From NCBI GenBank assembly GCA_018609125.1, contig JABAYF010000010.1:23477-87476 (forward strand): a stretch of 64,000 bases of DNA, read 5' to 3'. The translations under genes were made by a program, and so were the position numbers. Under the pieces are notes generated by a model, which saw only the letters and a list, made by a program, of their open reading frames with translations, was not told where the DNA came from and did no database searches. Source of the stretch: Candidatus Nanopelagicales bacterium (lineage in GTDB: Bacteria; Actinomycetota; Actinomycetes; S36-B12). Of this stretch, positions 59,567 to 64,000 are shown piece after piece; positions within the stretch are counted from its first letter, which is position 1, and each line of letters begins with the position of its first letter.

Positions 59567-62500
59567 ATGCATACGCTGCTGATTGCCAATCGAGGAGAAA
59601 TCGCGATTCGGGCGGCGCGGGCGGCCCGTGAATTGGGTGCAACATCAGTTGCGGTCTATGCCCCAGAGGATCGATCTGCCCTCCACCGGGTCATCGCGGA
59701 TCGCGCCTATGAAATTGGTAAGCCAGGCCACCCGGTGCGTTCCTATCTTGATATTGCCGAGCTCCTTTCCGTAGCCGCCGAGGCTGGCGCCGATGCGATC
59801 TACCCGGGTTATGGATTCTTGTCTGAAAGCGCCCCGTTCGCTCAGGCCTGTGCAGATGCCGGTGTGACCTTCGTGGGCCCCTCACCCCAGACGTTGCTTC
59901 TCACCGGCGACAAAGTGCGCGCCCGTGAAGCCGCCCAAGCTGCTGGCGTGCCCGTGTTGAGCGCATCGGAGCCGATCACCGACAGTCGCGATGGCGCCCG
60001 AATCGCGGAGTCTTTGGGATTTCCCGTTTTCATCAAGGCCAGCGCAGGTGGTGGCGGACGAGGGATGCGCCGCGTCGACGATCCCAATGAATTCGTTGCC
60101 GCCCTGGAGTCTGCGCAGCGCGAGGCTGAAGCAGCATTCGGTGATCCCACCGTCTTTTGCGAACAAGCCGTCATTCGCCCTCGACATGTAGAAATCCAGA
60201 TACTGGCGGATTCGGTCGGAAACATCATCCACCTTTTCGAGCGCGACTGCTCGGTGCAGCGCCGGCACCAAAAGGTTGTCGAAATCGCGCCGGCACCGGG
60301 ATTACCGCTGGAGTTACTTGATCAATTGGCCGCTCATGCGGTGGCTTTTGCTCGCAGTGTCAATTACACCTCGGCCGGAACGGTGGAGTTCTTGGTGTGG
60401 GACAGCCCTCAGGGCACCGCGGCAGGAACGGCTGCCGGTTACGGGTATGCCTTCATTGAGATGAATCCGCGCATCCAGGTGGAGCACACCGTGACCGAGG
60501 AGGTCACCGGAGTAGACCTCGTGCTTGCTCAACTTCAGATTGCAGCGGGGGCCACCCTGCCCGAACTCGGACTAACTCAACCAACGGCCAGGCCCAAGCG
60601 CACCGCGATTCAGTGTCGACTCACGACTGAAGATCCCGCTGATGGGTTTCGTCCGAGCACCGGAACGATCGCGGCCTACCGATCCCCGGGTGGTCCTGGT
60701 GTGCGTCTAGATGGCGCGACGTACACCGGTGCAGAGGTGTCGCCCTACTACGACTCGCTCCTGGTGAAGATGACCACGACCGGTGATGATCTGGAACAGG
60801 CCGCACGTCGGGCGCGACGAGGACTTGATGAATTCAGGGTTCGCGGGGTGTCGACGAACGTTGCGTTCCTTCGAGCGCTCCTTGATGACCCTGATTTCCT
60901 TGCTGCCAAACTCAATACGGCGTTTCTTGATGACCATCCCCAACTCCTTGAGGCTGCCCAGAAGGGCCCGGGATCTGGTCTGCTGACGAAGTTGGCCGAG
61001 ACAACGGTTAATCGTCCTCATGGAGTTCAGCCGATGAGCCTCATTGATGCACACCGGCGGTTGCCAGTCGTGCCGAGCGACACCACTTTTTTGGGCACCA
61101 AGGATCTTCTCCGCAGTGATGGCCCCGAAGGTCTGGCACGTTGGCTCCGCGGACGAGCGGCAGTGCCGATCACCGACACCACGCTGCGAGATGCACATCA
61201 GTCGCTTCTGGCCACACGGTTGCGCACCATTGACCTTGTGGCGGGTGCGCGGGCCACGGCCGGCCTGCTGCCCGAATTGGTTTCGTTGGAATGCTGGGGT
61301 GGAGCAACCTTCGATGTGTCTCTTCGGTTTTTGCGCGAGGACCCCTGGAATCGGCTGGAGCAACTTCGTGTAGCAGCGCCACATGTGGCCCTACAAATGT
61401 TGGTTCGCGGTCGAAACCTGTTGGGCTACGCCCCTTATCCGCGGGAGGTTATCGCTGAATTCGTAACCGAAGCCGTAGCGACCGGTATTGATATTTTGCG
61501 AGTATTCGATGCTCTCAACGATGTGAATCAGATGCGCGATGTGATTTTCACAATCCGCGATGCAGGGGCTTTCGCTGAGGGTGCGATCTGCTACACCGGC
61601 GATGTTGTTGACCCACGCGAAACTACCTACACGTTGGATTATTACCTGCGAGTGGCTGATGCTCTCGTGGCTGCCGGAGTGCATGGTCTGGTGATTAAGG
61701 ATATGGCCGGCCTCTTGCGGGCTCCCGCTGCTCGTGTTCTCATCACCGCACTGCGTGAGCGCTTCGATGTTCCCGTCCGATTGCATTCCCATGACACCGC
61801 AGGCGGGCAGATGGCCACCTATCTCGCGGCCGCGGGCGCCGGGGTCGATGGCCTAGATTGCGCGAGCGGTCCGCTGGCTTCCGGTGGTAGTCAACCCAGC
61901 ATGGGAGCCCTCGTCGCCGCACTGGCGCACACCGACCGAGACACCGGGTTGGACCTACCGCGTGTGCTGGCTCTGGAGCCCTACTGGGATGCAATCCGAG
62001 ATACGTACCAACCCTTTGAGGCAGGTCAGCGATCACCGTCGACGCGTGTCTATCGCCACGAAATTCCCGGTGGCCAGTTATCGAATCTGCGTGCCCAGGC
62101 TGAGGCCATGGGCCTCGGCGAGCGTTTTGGCGAAGTCTTGGATGCCTATGCCGAAGCCAACATCGTGCTGGGTCGGCCAGTTAAGGTCACGCCGTCATCG
62201 AAGGTCGTGGGCGATCTTGCCCTGTGGATGGTGACCTCGGGCGTCTCGCAGGAGGAGTTGCTCGCTGACGGCCAGCGCTACGACCTGCCAGCCTCGGTCG
62301 TGGCCTACCTACACGGTCAACTCGGTACACCAGCAGGTGGCTTCGTTGAGCCGTTCACCTCGGCGGTGACCAGGGCGCGACCACTACCGGCAGCGCCCAC
62401 TGTCGATCCTGAAGACCTGTCACTGCTGTCGCGCGCCGGCACCGATGCTGTGGCCCGACGGCGAGCACTGTCACGGTTAATGCTGCCCACCGAGGCAGCC

Positions 62501-62980
62501 GGTCTCGTGGTGTCGGAAGAAACCTACGGCGACGTGTCGGTGTTGCCCACACTGCCATTCCTCTACGGCCTGAAAACTGGTGTGGTGGAGCGCATTGAAG
62601 TATCTGAGGGGCAAACGTGGTTTGTCGAGCTTGATGTGATCGGCGATGTGGACGACACCGGTTACCGTCGGGTTCACCTGTGGGCCAATGGGCAACCTTG
62701 GGCGCTACGCGTACTTGATACTTCTGTCACCGGTACACGTGTAGCTCGACCTCGCGTCGATGCGGCAAATCCTCGCCAGGTTGGTGCGAGCGTTCCTGGC
62801 GTCATCACCATGCTCTGCGCCACCGGTGACGAGGTCGCCATCGGCGACCGGTTGGCGGTGATTGAGGCGATGAAGATGGAGTCGGTGGTCACGGCAATCA
62901 CGGCGGGTACCGTTTTGGCAACTCACGCGGTGTCGGGCGACCAAGTTGATGCTGGCGAGATGGTGGCAGAGTTAGGTTGA
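59567..62980 (+). CDS. pyc: Pyruvate carboxylase
   Basis: ANRGEIA, GGGGRG, RDCSVQRRHQK, RDAHQSL, IKDMAG, HSHDT, VTPSSK, EAMKM. Confidence 0.96.
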   Translation: MHTLLIANRGEIAIRAARAARELGATSVAVYAPEDRSALHRVIADRAYEIGKPGHPVRSYLDIAELLSVAAEAGADAIYPGYGFLSESAPFAQACADAGVTFVGPSPQTLLLTGDKVRAREAAQAAGVPVLSASEPITDSRDGARIAESLGFPVFIKASAGGGGRGMRRVDDPNEFVAALESAQREAEAAFGDPTVFCEQAVIRPRHVEIQILADSVGNIIHLFERDCSVQRRHQKVVEIAPAPGLPLELLDQLAAHAVAFARSVNYTSAGTVEFLVWDSPQGTAAGTAAGYGYAFIEMNPRIQVEHTVTEEVTGVDLVLAQLQIAAGATLPELGLTQPTARPKRTAIQCRLTTEDPADGFRPSTGTIAAYRSPGGPGVRLDGATYTGAEVSPYYDSLLVKMTTTGDDLEQAARRARRGLDEFRVRGVSTNVAFLRALLDDPDFLAAKLNTAFLDDHPQLLEAAQKGPGSGLLTKLAETTVNRPHGVQPMSLIDAHRRLPVVPSDTTFLGTKDLLRSDGPEGLARWLRGRAAVPITDTTLRDAHQSLLATRLRTIDLVAGARATAGLLPELVSLECWGGATFDVSLRFLREDPWNRLEQLRVAAPHVALQMLVRGRNLLGYAPYPREVIAEFVTEAVATGIDILRVFDALNDVNQMRDVIFTIRDAGAFAEGAICYTGDVVDPRETTYTLDYYLRVADALVAAGVHGLVIKDMAGLLRAPAARVLITALRERFDVPVRLHSHDTAGGQMATYLAAAGAGVDGLDCASGPLASGGSQPSMGALVAALAHTDRDTGLDLPRVLALEPYWDAIRDTYQPFEAGQRSPSTRVYRHEIPGGQLSNLRAQAEAMGLGERFGEVLDAYAEANIVLGRPVKVTPSSKVVGDLALWMVTSGVSQEELLADGQRYDLPASVVAYLHGQLGTPAGGFVEPFTSAVTRARPLPAAPTVDPEDLSLLSRAGTDAVARRRALSRLMLPTEAAGLVVSEETYGDVSVLPTLPFLYGLKTGVVERIEVSEGQTWFVELDVIGDVDDTGYRRVHLWANGQPWALRVLDTSVTGTRVARPRVDAANPRQVGASVPGVITMLCATGDEVAIGDRLAVIEAMKMESVVTAITAGTVLATHAVSGDQVDAGEMVAELG

Positions 62981-64000
62981 TGAACGTGTCTGTCCTTCGC
63001 CATCTAGCCCGAACACCGAATCTACTGGTGTGCTGTGATTATGACGGCACGTTGGCTCCGCTGGTTGACGACCCGGCCAAAGCCTTCCCGCTCGACCAGG
63101 CAATCAACGGTCTACGCGCGTTATCACAACTGCCCAGCACTACGGCTGCGGTTGTCTCCGGCCGTGCGCTTCGAGACCTGGCAGCGCTATCTCGCTTACC
63201 AGCAGAGATTCACCTGGTGGGCAGTCACGGGTCAGAATTCGACCTGGACTTCGCTCGCGATCTCGACCCAGACCAGGACCGATTATTGGCAGCGGCGGCA
63301 GACGTCGCACGGCACATCATCGAAGATGCTGACGGGGCGCACCTGGAGACGAAGCCGGCCAGCGTTGCGGTCCACGTTCGACGCATGAATGAAGCGGCTG
63401 GTGATGCACTGTTGCAGCGGGTGGTCGCTCGGGCTGAAGAAATGCCCGGCCTTCTCATTCGCCATGGCAAGCGTGTGATCGAGTTGAGCGTGGTTCATTC
63501 CAATAAGGCCGATGCGGTTAATCTATTGCGTCATCGACTCGGTGTGAGCGCTGTTCTCTTCATCGGCGACGACGTCACCGACGAAAGTGCTTTCGCTGCA
63601 CTGGCTGGACCAGACCTGGGCGTCAAAGTGGGGCCTGGCGACACGCTGGCCACGATGCGGGTAGCCGACCCGCAAGCGGTCGCGGAGCTCTTGGCTGAGC
63701 TGTTGGCTGAACGCCAGCGCTGGCTTCTCGGTGGCCATGCGCACCCGATTGAGGATTACACCCTGCTCGCTGATGGCCGCACCGCGGCACTGCTATCGGA
63801 TCGGGGATCCATCGACTGGATGTGCGCGCCGGACCCGGATTCACCCGCCCTGTTCGCAGCGCTGCTCGGCGACAACACCTCGGGCTTCTTCTCCGTTTCC
63901 TCCCTGGATGGTCAGCCGCCACTGTCTACCGCCTATGTGCCGGGCACCATGATGGCTCGCACGCGGTGGGCCGGGGTTTCGGTCACCGACTATCTCGAGG
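62980..64000 (+). CDS. otsB: Trehalose-6-phosphate phosphatase fused to a GH15 glycoside hydrolase (runs off window; absent from ORF track)
   Basis: ATG overlaps pyc stop; CDYDGTLAP, VSGR, GSHG, NKA, FIGDDVTDE, then in frame PIEDYTLLADGRTAALL..SIDWMCAPDPDSPALFAALLG. Confidence 0.88.
   Translation, partial: MNVSVLRHLARTPNLLVCCDYDGTLAPLVDDPAKAFPLDQAINGLRALSQLPSTTAAVVSGRALRDLAALSRLPAEIHLVGSHGSEFDLDFARDLDPDQDRLLAAAADVARHIIEDADGAHLETKPASVAVHVRRMNEAAGDALLQRVVARAEEMPGLLIRHGKRVIELSVVHSNKADAVNLLRHRLGVSAVLFIGDDVTDESAFAALAGPDLGVKVGPGDTLATMRVADPQAVAELLAELLAERQRWLLGGHAHPIEDYTLLADGRTAALLSDRGSIDWMCAPDPDSPALFAALLGDNTSGFFSVSSLDGQPPLSTAYVPGTMMARTRWAGVSVTDYLE

Overview
High-GC actinobacterial chromosome segment, probably an aquatic photoheterotroph (inference from an actinorhodopsin-type gene). 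Core blocks: maf-accE-pccB/birA-purK-purE; a cell-envelope locus (ugd, GT2, methyltransferase, LCP, an amidase-SpoIID fusion, TIGR03089); clpS-DUF2017-[rhodopsin]-mec-cysO-cysM-murI-rph-rdgB; sbcDC; sbtAB; mmsA; ppdK; TPP-riboswitch thiBPQ; galM-pgm; pyc; an otsB-GH15 fusion. Most notable: (1) a yybP-ykoY (Mn2+) riboswitch with a clear RBS-sequestering hairpin in front of a non-canonical Gre/Gfh-like RNA polymerase factor rather than a metal transporter; (2) a divergent sulfur-handling locus (DsrE2-TusA-FeS/NrfD-Tat-less Mo enzyme opposite rhodanese-PDO-ArsR), plus a second PDO-rhodanese gene behind a CsoR/CstR-type operator; (3) sbtA split by an in-frame TAG near the junction of its two halves; (4) the amidase-SpoIID fusion; (5) unannotated small ORFs. 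No tRNA, rRNA, CRISPR array or mobile element was recognised. All calls come from reading motifs by eye; no database searches were run.
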